IMG/VR virus record: IMGVR_UViG_3300027902_000001
Location: 9,496 to 73,495 of that record
From: a virus
Reading direction: 5' to 3' (one strand)
Length of the DNA stretch: 64,000 bases
Part shown: positions 36,386 to 45,635 of the stretch, one piece after another
Position numbering within the stretch: the first letter of the stretch is position 1
How the letters are laid out: each line of letters opens with the position of its first letter
Translations under genes and position numbers: made by a program
The notes under the pieces: generated by a model
The model's input: only the letters and a program-made list of their open reading frames with translations
The model's database searches: none
Told to the model about the DNA's origin: nothing

Positions 36386-36693
36386 GGCTGAGTGATGTCG
36401 AGATGGTGATCATGGGTACGGAGGGTTGGACGCCCCAGGCGGCCCAGGCGTTCTATCAGCAAATCTTGAACATCCTGGTCAATCTGGCGTCGCCGGGCCT
36501 GTTGGGCCACGGCACGGTCACGGCGGAACTGCTCAATGTACGCGACCAGCCTGGTGTCACCGGTAACATCTTGGCTGGCCTGCGCCGGGGGGCCGCCGTC
36601 GAAGTTTGGGGCCGCACGCCCAAGAACAACTGGCTGTGCGTGCGGGCCGGCGATCTGGCCGGTTGGGTCAGCGCCGCCTACGTCCAGGCATGA
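36382..36693 (+). CDS. Bacterial SH3 domain protein
   Basis: LNVRDQPG...W...GWVSAAYV. Confidence 0.8.
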   Translation: MRLSDVEMVIMGTEGWTPQAAQAFYQQILNILVNLASPGLLGHGTVTAELLNVRDQPGVTGNILAGLRRGAAVEVWGRTPKNNWLCVRAGDLAGWVSAAYVQA

Positions 36694-36809
36694 CTTTCAC
36701 CCTGTGTCCTGACTACGCCACTGCGCCGCGGGACTGCGGTCTGGTGCGGCGGCAGGGCGACTATTGCTGTACCTTCTGCGCCGAGCCGCGCAGACCAAGG
36801 AGTAACGCC

Positions 36810-37550
36810 ATGACCGATCCACGTGCGGCCAACTGCCGAGCCTATCATCTCAACGCCGCGGGCAGGGTGGATGGCATCCACTTGATTTGGGAACCGGTGC
36901 CCTCGGCTCCCTACGCCTGCGTCTTGGCCGAACTGATTGACGAGGAAGCCGCGATGGGCAACACGGTCGTCACCGTCGAAATCCTGAATCGTGACGGCAT
37001 CCAGACGGCGGAACGCGCCCTGATGGCCTGGCCCTACGGGGAGCCGCCCGCCGCGGATGCGCCCGCCGGGCCGGGGAACACCAACAACCAATTCACCACG
37101 ACCAGCACCTTTCCTTCGACCCGTAATGGCGTCGAGGTCATTGGCCCCCTGGGTTTCTTCGTCGGTAACGCCGCCAAGCAAGCCATCTCGGATGTCATTT
37201 GGGGCTATGGCTTACCGGACCATCGGCATGTCAGCGGACACGTGGTCTTCAAGGAACGCGCCGGCGCGGTGACGCCGCCGGTGGAGCCGCCCAACTATGC
37301 CACCCTGGCTGCGGCGCTGCGCGGCGAAGCCGAGGCCCATGACGTGCTGGCCGTCAACCCGGCCGCGGCGCTCTGCAAGTACGGCGCGCGCTTGGGTCTC
37401 TGGCCGACCTCCAATGAGTTCACGTTCACGTTCGGCGGCGTCAACTACGTGGCGCAGCGTTTCCGCGATCCGGGTAACGACGACGTGCATGTGCTCTCCT
37501 GCGTGGTCGGTCAGTACGGCGTCATCGGACGCCTGACCTATCGTCCCTAA
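36810..37550 (+). CDS. Hypothetical protein (possibly cell-wall associated)
   Basis: RBS AAGGAG; two domains joined by a TPPVEPP linker. Confidence 0.55.
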   Translation: MTDPRAANCRAYHLNAAGRVDGIHLIWEPVPSAPYACVLAELIDEEAAMGNTVVTVEILNRDGIQTAERALMAWPYGEPPAADAPAGPGNTNNQFTTTSTFPSTRNGVEVIGPLGFFVGNAAKQAISDVIWGYGLPDHRHVSGHVVFKERAGAVTPPVEPPNYATLAAALRGEAEAHDVLAVNPAAALCKYGARLGLWPTSNEFTFTFGGVNYVAQRFRDPGNDDVHVLSCVVGQYGVIGRLTYRP

Positions 37551-37837
37551 GCGCGGCTCGCCGAGTCCCATCCTGGTCAGATGGTTGAGCTACGCAGTCT
37601 GGTGCGCGCTGATCACGCTGCTGATGGTGCTGTTGACCAGTGCTATGCCGATCAGCGCACCTTAATTGCCATTCAGGGCCGTTTGGACATTCCGGTCCGG
37701 CGTCATCGGGGGGAGTCCTTTTGAGGGGACTCTGAGTACCCCTACCGGCTCATACTGGGTCTTCATGCCCACCTCCGGCACGTTGATGGTCGAGATGCGG
37801 CGCAAGCCGTGGCTTACGCAGACCAGATGACGCAAAC

Positions 37838-38269
37838 CTATAACTTACCGTGCTCCTTGGCGTGACACCAGTCGCAGAGCACTTTTACGTCCCACCAGTG
37901 CTCGTGCCAGAGCGAGTTGTAATGCAGATGATGAATTTGCAGATGGTGGCGATGGCCGCACGCGGCGCAGGTAGAGTGGGCTAAACGTAAAGCCGCCTGG
38001 CGCACGCGCTGCCAGTGCGGCGTCAGCAGATAGTCGGCATAGGCCAGCGGTCGAGGGTCTACCCGCTGCTGATCCAGGAGGGGGTTGGGGTCGGGCGGCG
38101 GTGGGGGCGGCTTCCGCTGGCACAGCTTGGGCTTTTTTGGGGGCTTCTCCGCTGGCTTGGACTTACCCGGCTTGACGGGTATACCCACTTTGATCAGCTT
38201 CTGCTCATACTCCGTAAAGCTTGCCTTGAATGCTGGCGAAGGGGTCCTTCTAGGCATTACAGGGGTCAA
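37838..38269 (-). CDS. HNH endonuclease
   Basis: YL..PHWQ...CAAC...IHHLHY...LCDWCH. Confidence 0.8.
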   Translation of the reverse strand: MTPVMPRRTPSPAFKASFTEYEQKLIKVGIPVKPGKSKPAEKPPKKPKLCQRKPPPPPPDPNPLLDQQRVDPRPLAYADYLLTPHWQRVRQAALRLAHSTCAACGHRHHLQIHHLHYNSLWHEHWWDVKVLCDWCHAKEHGKL

Positions 38270-39234
38270 TTAAGTACCGTGCCCAACGTCGCGCGCCAGA
38301 GGCGCGTCAGCGGCACACCCTTGTGGAGCAACAGCAGCGGCAAGGCGTCACTGTTACGCGCGGTGCGATAGTGCGTACGACTGTCGGGAGCTAACCAACC
38401 CAAGGGCGCGGCGTGGCGGGTCTGATCTGGCGACGACTTAGAGCGTGACAAAGTTTGGCATCTGGTTTCGTCAGGTTGCGGTGCGTGCCGGTGTTGATAG
38501 TGGGCTAATCTTGCGCGGCCGATGGGTGAAGCGGTGCCGACAGTGGGTGTCATGGGGGGTGCATAAGAGTTGGGGCGATCCCACACGACGATGTATTCCC
38601 GTTCCTGGCATTCAGCATGATGATTACAGAGCTTTTCGAGGGTGTTGAAGGCTTGACCACAGCGACAGTGGTATTCGACGTGGCGGTCCGGCATGTCCCT
38701 GAAGGCGCTCGGCGGGGCAAAGGCGAAGTTCTGGCTCACCAGCACGCCGGCCTCCCGCTCCCATTGGCGCAAGGTGTTGCGCGTGACGCCGAAGATGCGC
38801 TGCAAGGCGTCTCGGCTGACCATCTCCGAACGGTCGCCATGCACGTAACGCTGCATGTAGGCGGCGTAACAGTGGGCGTAGAAGTGGCCCAGGTGCGCCA
38901 GATCGGCCAGTGCCAGCGCCACAGCGGGCGCATCGGAAGGCTCGCCGCCCAGGCGTAGCATGATGGGCTTGGCTCCGATCAGGTAGACGTAGCCGTGCCG
39001 TTCATCCAAGCGCCACCACAGGCCGTCGCCCTTGGCGAGCAAGTTGCTGGCATGGCGCAGTTTGACGTGTAGATGCTCGCCGATGGCGTCCAATAAGACG
39101 GCTTGCGCGATACGCGTGCCGGGCGCGGTAGCCAGGGCACGCGCCAGGAGCCAGACGCGCAATAGCGCGCCTTCACCGGCTCGGTGGGCGGCTGGCATTA
39201 GGTCTGGCGGTAGCTTTACTTGGGGCACGTCCAT
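38266..39234 (-). CDS. Putative DNA-binding protein (HTH plus C2H2-like finger)
   Basis: SRDALQRIFGVTRNTLRQWE; CRCGQAF...LCNH. Confidence 0.6.
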   Translation of the reverse strand: MDVPQVKLPPDLMPAAHRAGEGALLRVWLLARALATAPGTRIAQAVLLDAIGEHLHVKLRHASNLLAKGDGLWWRLDERHGYVYLIGAKPIMLRLGGEPSDAPAVALALADLAHLGHFYAHCYAAYMQRYVHGDRSEMVSRDALQRIFGVTRNTLRQWEREAGVLVSQNFAFAPPSAFRDMPDRHVEYHCRCGQAFNTLEKLCNHHAECQEREYIVVWDRPNSYAPPMTPTVGTASPIGRARLAHYQHRHAPQPDETRCQTLSRSKSSPDQTRHAAPLGWLAPDSRTHYRTARNSDALPLLLLHKGVPLTRLWRATLGTVLN

Positions 39235-39249
39235 GAGGATACACCGATG

Positions 39250-39385
39250 CGGACAAAGTTCACGACACTAACCTGACGATTTCCTGACATTTAGCTGACG
39301 CGTATGATTTGTTGACACCAAAAGTTACAGCTTGCTGACGCCAGTCTGACAATCAGCAGACATGCAGCAGACAAAACGCCCGACC
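39250..39385. repeat. Array of (CT)GAC motifs phased at about 11 bp
   Basis: GAC at 39252, 39264, 39275, 39286, 39297 and 39314, 39337, 39348, 39359, 39370, 39382. Confidence 0.7.
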
Positions 39386-39391
39386 TATAGG

Positions 39392-39634
39392 TCAGGCGAT
39401 CTTGTACATGGTGACGACTTGTTCAGCTTGCGGCACGACGATCTCGCCCTTGATCAGCAGATGCGCGCCTTCGGGCCAGTAGCCGGTATCCGAGCAATCA
39501 TCATCTGGCAAGGCTGATAGGAATTGAGGGTGATCGCCGTAATCGCCAGCGCCGATGTCTCTGGCGAGCTTGCCAGGATCAATCCGTTCGACATAGGTGT
39601 CGCCGTCACTGTTCCAGATCAGAAAGTAGGTCAT
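39392..39634 (-). CDS. Hypothetical protein
   Basis: RBS AAGGAG; LLIKGEIVVP motif. Confidence 0.6.
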   Translation of the reverse strand: MTYFLIWNSDGDTYVERIDPGKLARDIGAGDYGDHPQFLSALPDDDCSDTGYWPEGAHLLIKGEIVVPQAEQVVTMYKIA

Positions 39635-39957
39635 GGTTGCTCCTTCGTGTGCGTCTTGACGATATGCACGCGCAGCCCGCGCGCTGTGTCGAAGCGATTA
39701 CTCTTGCCCTGGCAGGCCGGCAGGCGGCACTCGTACTTACCCCGGTGATTGGGGATATGGCGGGCAAGCCCAAGCAGGTTGACGGACGCGTGGCAGATGG
39801 GGCAGATGACAGTCGGCACTTCGGGCGGCACGATGTAGTAGTCGTCAGCCAGCCAATCGTTGACGACCTGCGCGCCGTACTTGCGCTTGGCGGCCTTGTA
39901 GATGGCGGCCACCATGTCAGCTTCGCGTGCGAGTTGGATGTGTGACGGGATGGTCAT
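39631..39957 (-). CDS. C2H2-like zinc-finger protein
   Basis: CPIC...H..H and C...C...H...H. Confidence 0.6.
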   Translation of the reverse strand: MTIPSHIQLAREADMVAAIYKAAKRKYGAQVVNDWLADDYYIVPPEVPTVICPICHASVNLLGLARHIPNHRGKYECRLPACQGKSNRFDTARGLRVHIVKTHTKEQP

Positions 39958-40184
39958 AGCTCGGTCTCCGCGGGCGCGATGATGCTGAATTCGTAGCCTG
40001 GGCCGAGTATCACGTACTTGTTGTCAGGGAACAGCATACGCATCAGCTTCTCGGTTTCTGCGAGGTCAAATAGTCTCAGCGTGCGAGGCGTCTTTAGCAC
40101 GATCACGTCGCCAGGTTCCAGATGCAGGCGTTGGACATCGCCGATGTAGCGCAGCGGCGGGTTGGGGGATGGCTGATCGTTCAT
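39954..40184 (-). CDS. Hypothetical protein
   Basis: LHLEPGDVIVL; RBS AGGAG. Confidence 0.55.
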   Translation of the reverse strand: MNDQPSPNPPLRYIGDVQRLHLEPGDVIVLKTPRTLRLFDLAETEKLMRMLFPDNKYVILGPGYEFSIIAPAETEL

Positions 40185-40194
40185 GGCAAAACAA

Positions 40195-40340
40195 AACTCC
40201 TGCGCATTGGTTGAGGCCGACCGCCGACTGAAGGCTTTCGCGTTGACAAAACGCTAGGCAAGTCGGCTCCCACCATTGAGCAGGAGTCTATGTGCCTTCA
40301 GTCTACTTGGTACTAGCTTGGGGCTGTCAGTTCCCAGGCG
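40195..40340 (-). ncRNA. Structured leader / C4-like antisense RNA candidate
   Basis: Long stem sequesters the AGGAG RBS; upstream GACTGAAGGC and GCTAG..CAAGT are complementary to inner segments. Confidence 0.55.
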
Positions 40341-40345
40341 CTTAT

Positions 40346-40374
40346 ATCTTACAGCGTTTCTCTGATCTTGTCAA
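40346..40374 (-). promoter_or_regulatory. Leftward sigma70-type promoter
   Basis: TTGACA-N17-TAAGAT. Confidence 0.7.
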
Positions 40375-40392
40375 GTGGGTATATAATAAGTC

Positions 40393-41040
40393 ATGCCTAC
40401 CACGCGTCTCCCCGCTTACATCTTCGACCGCCGCATGTTTGGCGGTGGCCGCTACCGTCGCCTGCTGCCGGATGGCCGCCTGGGCGCGCTGGTCTCGCAG
40501 CGCGAGCTAGAAGCCGGGCTGCGCGAAATCGCCCTGCGCGCCGAGACGACGCTGGCCGATCTAGCCGAGGACGTGCTGGCGGGGCGACTGCTGCCCGCCG
40601 ACTTCCAACAGGCGGGCCAGTACATTCTGAAGCATCTCTACAACGCCTACTCGGCTCTCGCGCGCGGCGGTTGGGCGCAGATGGACTTCGCCGCGTGGGG
40701 GGCAAACGGTCAAATTTTACGAGGAGAATATCGCCTACTCGCAAAATTTTCGGCAGAGTTGGCGCAGGGTGAAATGTCGGTTGCGGCGGCCCGCGCCCGC
40801 GCTATGCTGTATGTCGGCAAAGCCTACAGTCGCTACTGGGCTGAAGATCGCGTGCTGAAGCTCACCAGCGGCGCGTTCACCGAGGAGCGTTGGGAGGACA
40901 CCAAGGGGCCGCAGGAATGTGTGGATTGTCTGGCTTTAGCGGCTTTAGGTTGGGTGCCCATCGGGACATTCAACACCGTACCCGGCGCAGGTGGCACCAA
41001 ATGTGGCGGGGCCTGCTACTGCCGTATCCGCTATCGCTGA
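40393..41040 (+). CDS. Head morphogenesis (MuF/gp7-like) minor capsid protein
   Basis: C-terminal ECVDC...GWVP...PG...CGGACYC; TATAAT 5 nt upstream suggests a leaderless mRNA. Confidence 0.7.
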   Translation: MPTTRLPAYIFDRRMFGGGRYRRLLPDGRLGALVSQRELEAGLREIALRAETTLADLAEDVLAGRLLPADFQQAGQYILKHLYNAYSALARGGWAQMDFAAWGANGQILRGEYRLLAKFSAELAQGEMSVAAARARAMLYVGKAYSRYWAEDRVLKLTSGAFTEERWEDTKGPQECVDCLALAALGWVPIGTFNTVPGAGGTKCGGACYCRIRYR

Positions 41041-41113
41041 GGTAGCATGTCGAATTGCCGTATCTTGACAAGTGGGTGTATCATATAAGCATCCACCAGT
41101 CATCAGGAGTATC

Positions 41114-41719
41114 GTGCCTACCAGTGGGCTAATCATTCAGAAAACCGTGCGGGTGGCCGCCGATCCAGCCTTTCAAGCGCGCAAGCTGGACATTTTGCGC
41201 ACGGTGGCCGCCAAGTATCAATCCAAGGCGCGCACTGAGTCGATGCGCCGTACCGGTCTTGGCCCCGGCGTGGTGACAGGCCGTTTGGTCGAGTCGATTC
41301 AAGTCATTGGTCCCCTGGTGTTCTCAACCGGCAAAAGTACCCGCATCACCATCTACGCCTCGCGCAAGGTCGCTCCCCACGCCCTCTGGCAAGAAGAAGG
41401 CACCGGTATCTATGGCCCAGCCGGCACGCCGATTGTCTCACCGACCGGCAAGAAGATGTCCTGGACGCAGGTTGGCCGCGCCTATCGCGGGCCGTTCGTC
41501 AAGGCGCGGATTATCGCCAAGACGCGCATCGGCTCGCGCAAGACCGCCAAGGGGCGCACGCGCGGCGTCTACGAGAACACCTATCAGCAATTCGCCAGCC
41601 AGGTCAAAGGCTCGCGCCCCAAGCGTTTCATGGCCAGCGCGGGAGCCGACCCGGCGATTGCGGCGTACTATCAGGAGCAGGTGGCCGCGCTGGCGCGCAC
41701 CGCCATTAGAATCACTTGA
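41114..41719 (+). CDS. HK97 gp10-like neck/tail completion protein
   Basis: TGRLVESI...HALWQEEGTGIYG...VKGSRPKRFM. Confidence 0.7.
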   Translation: MPTSGLIIQKTVRVAADPAFQARKLDILRTVAAKYQSKARTESMRRTGLGPGVVTGRLVESIQVIGPLVFSTGKSTRITIYASRKVAPHALWQEEGTGIYGPAGTPIVSPTGKKMSWTQVGRAYRGPFVKARIIAKTRIGSRKTAKGRTRGVYENTYQQFASQVKGSRPKRFMASAGADPAIAAYYQEQVAALARTAIRIT

Positions 41720-41731
41720 AGGAGTCAGCCC

Positions 41732-41794
41732 ATGACTAAGCCCAAGAAATCCGGTGGCAAGGGTAAGAGCGGCAAAGGTGGCTGCGGCAAGTAG
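41732..41794 (+). CDS. 20-aa Lys/Gly-rich micropeptide
   Basis: RBS AAGGAG; MTKPKKSGGKGKSGKGGCGK fills the intergenic gap. Confidence 0.55.
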   Translation: MTKPKKSGGKGKSGKGGCGK

Positions 41795-41803
41795 GAGGTC
41801 AAG

Positions 41804-42040
41804 ATGGATACTTTGAAGTTTCTGCTCCAGGACAGCCGTTTCTACGCCGCGCTGTTGGCGTTCCTGAACGTGCTGGTGTTCTACTTCTGGCCGACCTTCC
41901 CCAAGGAAGTGTGGGCGGCGATCAACGTGTTCGCCGGGGTGATCCTGGCGCTGTTGGTGTCCTACGGCTCAGTCAAGCAGACGCGCGCGTTGCGGGCGCA
42001 GCGGGCTGTCAATGCCGAGACGCGACCGGCAGCGGAGTAA
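41804..42040 (+). CDS. Holin-like two-TM protein
   Basis: SRF motif, two TM helices, basic tail. Confidence 0.6.
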   Translation: MDTLKFLLQDSRFYAALLAFLNVLVFYFWPTFPKEVWAAINVFAGVILALLVSYGSVKQTRALRAQRAVNAETRPAAE

Positions 42041-42046
42041 TGACCG

Positions 42047-43684
42047 ATGCCCTACAGCGGCGCGGGTGACGAAGGTTTGCCCAAGGCGGTCAAGAAGCTG
42101 CCGCGGGACTTGCGCGAGTTGTGGGTGCGGGTCTTCAACGAGAACTACGACGCCGAGGATGAGGGCCAGGGTTTCAAGGTGGCCTGGGGCGTCATTCGCA
42201 AGGTGCAATCCGTGCGCAATGCTAAGGAGTGGGCTAACGTGGATATGAAAGATATTCGGGCCTGGTTGAGTGGCAGTAAGACCGTGCCTGCCGCGCCTGA
42301 CACGCCGTTGCCGGTCAGTGATGGTGCGAAGGCTACAGAGGACTCGTCCGTGGGCGATTATCCGCCAGGTCAACTTTGTCCTGAGTGCGAAGCCGACCTG
42401 GAACTGCCTGACGCCGGCTGGTACAAGTGCGGCGGCTGCGGCGCAGTCCTCTGTGATGAAGCGTCAGATAGCGACGTTGAGGACTACAAGCTCCACAACG
42501 CTGCCGCGGCCCAAAAGCTGGGCCTCGGCGAGCCGCCCGCCAACCCGCCCATCGCCAAGGTCATCAAGCGCGCCGACGAGAAAGCTGAGAATGCCAAGGC
42601 GTTCCGCAGCGAGTTCAAAGCTTACGCGCAGGCCGATGGCCGCACGCGCTGGACGCTGATCGCCAGCGGCGGCTTTCAGGATCGGGACGGCGAGATTGTC
42701 TCGACCCCCTTCTTGGACAGCGCCGTCGAGTACGCCGCCAAGTCGGGCGACCGCGGCCCGCTGTTGATCTGGCACATTCCCGGCAGCGATATCGGCACTT
42801 GCGATACACAGGTCGTGATCGGCCAGCCTGGTTTCTTGCTGGAATCCGGCCTGTTTCTGGACTCCCCGCGCGGCCAACGCGCGGCGAAGTATTACCGCGC
42901 GCACGCCGCCGACTACGGGGCGTCGATTCAGTTCTTGTGGGCCAACCGCGCCGAAGGGGTCTACCTGCCCCCCGGCTGTATCCTGGAACGTTCCCTGTTG
43001 CCGCGCAGCAAGGCCGCGTTCCCCTGGTCGGGCCTGCACACGAAGGAGCTTGACATGGGTACATCGAAACAACCACGCGCGGACGCCGTGGCCGAACTGG
43101 CCGCCGTCCTGGGCGACGACGAGGCCAAGCGCATCGTCGAGCAACTGGAAGCCAGCGCCAAAGACCTGACCGGCCTGGGCGTGCGCTTCAAGGAAGCTGA
43201 GGTGGTTGCTGAGGCCGCGCCGGTCGCGCCCGCAGCCGAGGCCAAGGCAGCCGACGCGCCTGCGCCGGAGCCAGCGGTCGCAGAGGAGCCGGTCGCCAAC
43301 GCTGAAACCAAGGCTACGCCGGAGCCGGGCCTGCCCGCCCCTGCCGAGATCAGCCAGGTGGAAATCGTCTTCCCGCCCGCGACGCTGGCGACGATGGCCA
43401 AGGCGGTCTCTGACAGCATGGGGGGCCAGTTCGCCGCCCTGACGGCCCGTCTGGCCACGCTGGAAGGCAGCGTGCAGGGCCTGTTGGCCGGCCTGGAGGT
43501 ACTGAAGGCCGCCGACGACGCCAAGATCGCCGAGAAGGTCGCACATCTGCCGCGCGCCACCGTGAAGTTCATGCAGGAGCCGGTGCAGCGCCCCACGCAG
43601 CGCACGCCGGAGGCCGGTGACGGCACGGCGCAGAAGTCGCTGGCCGATGTGGAGCACGAAACCCTCTACGGCAAACCAACCTGA
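42047..43684 (+). CDS. ChaB domain, Zn ribbon, prohead protease and scaffold fusion
   Basis: LP..VK.LP...WVRVFN...AWG (ChaB); CPEC/CGGC; DRDGEIV, LIWH, ASI protease motifs; Ala/Pro/Glu-rich tail. Confidence 0.7.
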   Translation: MPYSGAGDEGLPKAVKKLPRDLRELWVRVFNENYDAEDEGQGFKVAWGVIRKVQSVRNAKEWANVDMKDIRAWLSGSKTVPAAPDTPLPVSDGAKATEDSSVGDYPPGQLCPECEADLELPDAGWYKCGGCGAVLCDEASDSDVEDYKLHNAAAAQKLGLGEPPANPPIAKVIKRADEKAENAKAFRSEFKAYAQADGRTRWTLIASGGFQDRDGEIVSTPFLDSAVEYAAKSGDRGPLLIWHIPGSDIGTCDTQVVIGQPGFLLESGLFLDSPRGQRAAKYYRAHAADYGASIQFLWANRAEGVYLPPGCILERSLLPRSKAAFPWSGLHTKELDMGTSKQPRADAVAELAAVLGDDEAKRIVEQLEASAKDLTGLGVRFKEAEVVAEAAPVAPAAEAKAADAPAPEPAVAEEPVANAETKATPEPGLPAPAEISQVEIVFPPATLATMAKAVSDSMGGQFAALTARLATLEGSVQGLLAGLEVLKAADDAKIAEKVAHLPRATVKFMQEPVQRPTQRTPEAGDGTAQKSLADVEHETLYGKPT

Positions 43685-43718
43685 CTGTAAGCGGACGCAA
43701 GTCCGCGGGAGCATGACG

Positions 43719-45125
43719 ATGGGACTGAATATTGATTCCGAGACCCTGATGCGGGGCCTGCTGGCGCTCGCCCAGGGTAATGTCAATATCAATCAACCGG
43801 GCGGCTATCGAAGCAGCAAGGAAGCCTCGCTGACCCTTTCGACCCTGCCCACCTTTTTCGGCTGTTGCGGCCTGTTCAATATGTGCGGGTCGAACGACCT
43901 GCTCAGCCTGACTCTCGAAGCCGAACCGCTCATCGACTGGATCGGCTTCCGCGCCAACGACGAGTGCAACCAGTTCGTCAAGCTCGTCACCTACGTCGGC
44001 CCGGCGGGTACTTCTACGGACGCCGAAGCCACCGGAGCGACCGCCGCCTGCGCTAATGCGCCGGGCGTCGAGTTCGGCACCTGCGAAGTGCTGCTGCCCG
44101 GCAAGGGCCGTCTCAAGCGGGCCGGCCCGGTGCGCGACATCACCGAGAACAACGTCAAGCTGTGTGATGCTTACCCCACCTTCCGCAAGGACGGCACGCA
44201 AATCACCGACGAACTGGCCTGGACCCTGACCCTGGCGGGCATCGCCATGAAGCAGGATTTCAAGCGCATGTTGATCACCGGCAACGCCGCTACCACCGGG
44301 CAGTTCGCCGGCCTGCAAGCCCTGGTCAACACCGGCTACGCCAACGTGCATGACTCGCGGCGCTGCTCGGATATGGACTCCTACGTCCTCAACTGGGGCA
44401 GCAACGTGATGACGGCCACCCGCAACGGCTTCGAGTTGGTGGACTACCTGATCGACATCATTCGTCGCATCCAACTGCGGGCGCAGTGGTCGAACCTGGG
44501 CACCATCGGCGACGGCGACATGGTCCTGATGATGCCGAGTCACCTGCGCGACTGCCTGCTGGACACCTTCACCTGCTGGTCGGTGTGCTCCACCGGCAAC
44601 ACGCTGGTCTGGCTCAACCCTGAACAGCGCGCCTTCCGCAACACCCTGAACGGCGGCACCTTCGGCATGGGCCAAATCTTCGTCGATGGGCGGGCCATCC
44701 CGATCATCACCTACGACTGGACGACCATGACCCAGGCTGCGCCGGCCTTCGTCGGCGACATCTACGTGCTGACCCGGCGCATTGGCAACATGCCGGTGCT
44801 GATGGGCCAGTATTACGACATGACACAGCCGGCCAACAGAATGACCGAGGTGGCTGGCTCGACCCACTACCAGGCGACAGACGGCGGCAAGTATCTGGGC
44901 TACTGGAAGTACGACAACGAGTGCTTCCAGGGCACCATCGTCTTCCGCCCGAACCTCTATCTGTCGGCCCCCTGGGCGCAGGCGCGCATCCAGAACGTGG
45001 CGTGCACGCGACCGCTCAGCCCGATCTCCCCGGACCCGACTTCGAGCTACTACGCCGAGCAGTACCTCAACCCGGCGCTCTGCCCCGAAGACTACCTGGA
45101 CGTGAGCCAGGACAGCGGACGCTAA
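43719..45125 (+). CDS. Major capsid protein (Cys-rich)
   Basis: Follows the protease/scaffold gene; LITGN...QFAGL HK97-type motif; followed by a terminator. Confidence 0.75.
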   Translation: MGLNIDSETLMRGLLALAQGNVNINQPGGYRSSKEASLTLSTLPTFFGCCGLFNMCGSNDLLSLTLEAEPLIDWIGFRANDECNQFVKLVTYVGPAGTSTDAEATGATAACANAPGVEFGTCEVLLPGKGRLKRAGPVRDITENNVKLCDAYPTFRKDGTQITDELAWTLTLAGIAMKQDFKRMLITGNAATTGQFAGLQALVNTGYANVHDSRRCSDMDSYVLNWGSNVMTATRNGFELVDYLIDIIRRIQLRAQWSNLGTIGDGDMVLMMPSHLRDCLLDTFTCWSVCSTGNTLVWLNPEQRAFRNTLNGGTFGMGQIFVDGRAIPIITYDWTTMTQAAPAFVGDIYVLTRRIGNMPVLMGQYYDMTQPANRMTEVAGSTHYQATDGGKYLGYWKYDNECFQGTIVFRPNLYLSAPWAQARIQNVACTRPLSPISPDPTSSYYAEQYLNPALCPEDYLDVSQDSGR

Positions 45126-45128
45126 ACG

Positions 45129-45162
45129 TAAACGGGGCGGTCTACCAAGGCCGCCCCGTTTA
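45129..45162 (+). terminator. Intrinsic terminator-like hairpin after the capsid gene
   Basis: TAAACGGGGCGGTC/GGCCGCCCCGTTTA. Confidence 0.7.
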
Positions 45163-45184
45163 GCAAGCAGCATAGGAGTTGACC

Positions 45185-45502
45185 ATGCCGACCCAGAAAA
45201 CCATCCCGTTCACGCTGGAAATCAAAGAGGTGCCGCCGAAGCCCGACTTTTTTCCAGCAGTTGATCCAACTGCTCAGGCAGTTCTTAGAGGCACTGTGGC
45301 GACTTTTGCAGTCAGCTTTACTACAGTGGCTGGCTATGCAAATCCAATCGCTCTCAATGTCCTCGGGCTTCCCGATGGAGCCGTGGCCTCCTTCGGCGTG
45401 AACCCGGCTATGCCGACCGATGTGGTCAGCCTGACCATCACGACCGATGCGGAAGTGGGCGTCTACAACCTGTTGGTTGAGGCGACCGAGGTCGTAGTTT
45501 AG
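45185..45502 (+). CDS. Ig-like capsid decoration protein
   Basis: PDF...GLPDGAVASF...LTITT...GVYNL Ig-like fold. Confidence 0.6.
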   Translation: MPTQKTIPFTLEIKEVPPKPDFFPAVDPTAQAVLRGTVATFAVSFTTVAGYANPIALNVLGLPDGAVASFGVNPAMPTDVVSLTITTDAEVGVYNLLVEATEVVV

Positions 45503-45545
45503 CCGGTTGGGTTGGACCCCGCCGGGGTGTTCCTCCTCTTTGTGA

Positions 45546-45578
45546 GCCGGAGATCGGTCTTGTTAATCGGTCTCCGGC
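45546..45578. terminator. Intergenic hairpin
   Basis: GCCGGAGATCGGT/ATCGGTCTCCGGC. Confidence 0.45.
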
Positions 45579-45635
45579 GAATAATGCGGGATAGTGGACG
45601 CCGGTCGGGCGGCGATGGATAGGAGCAGTACAATA

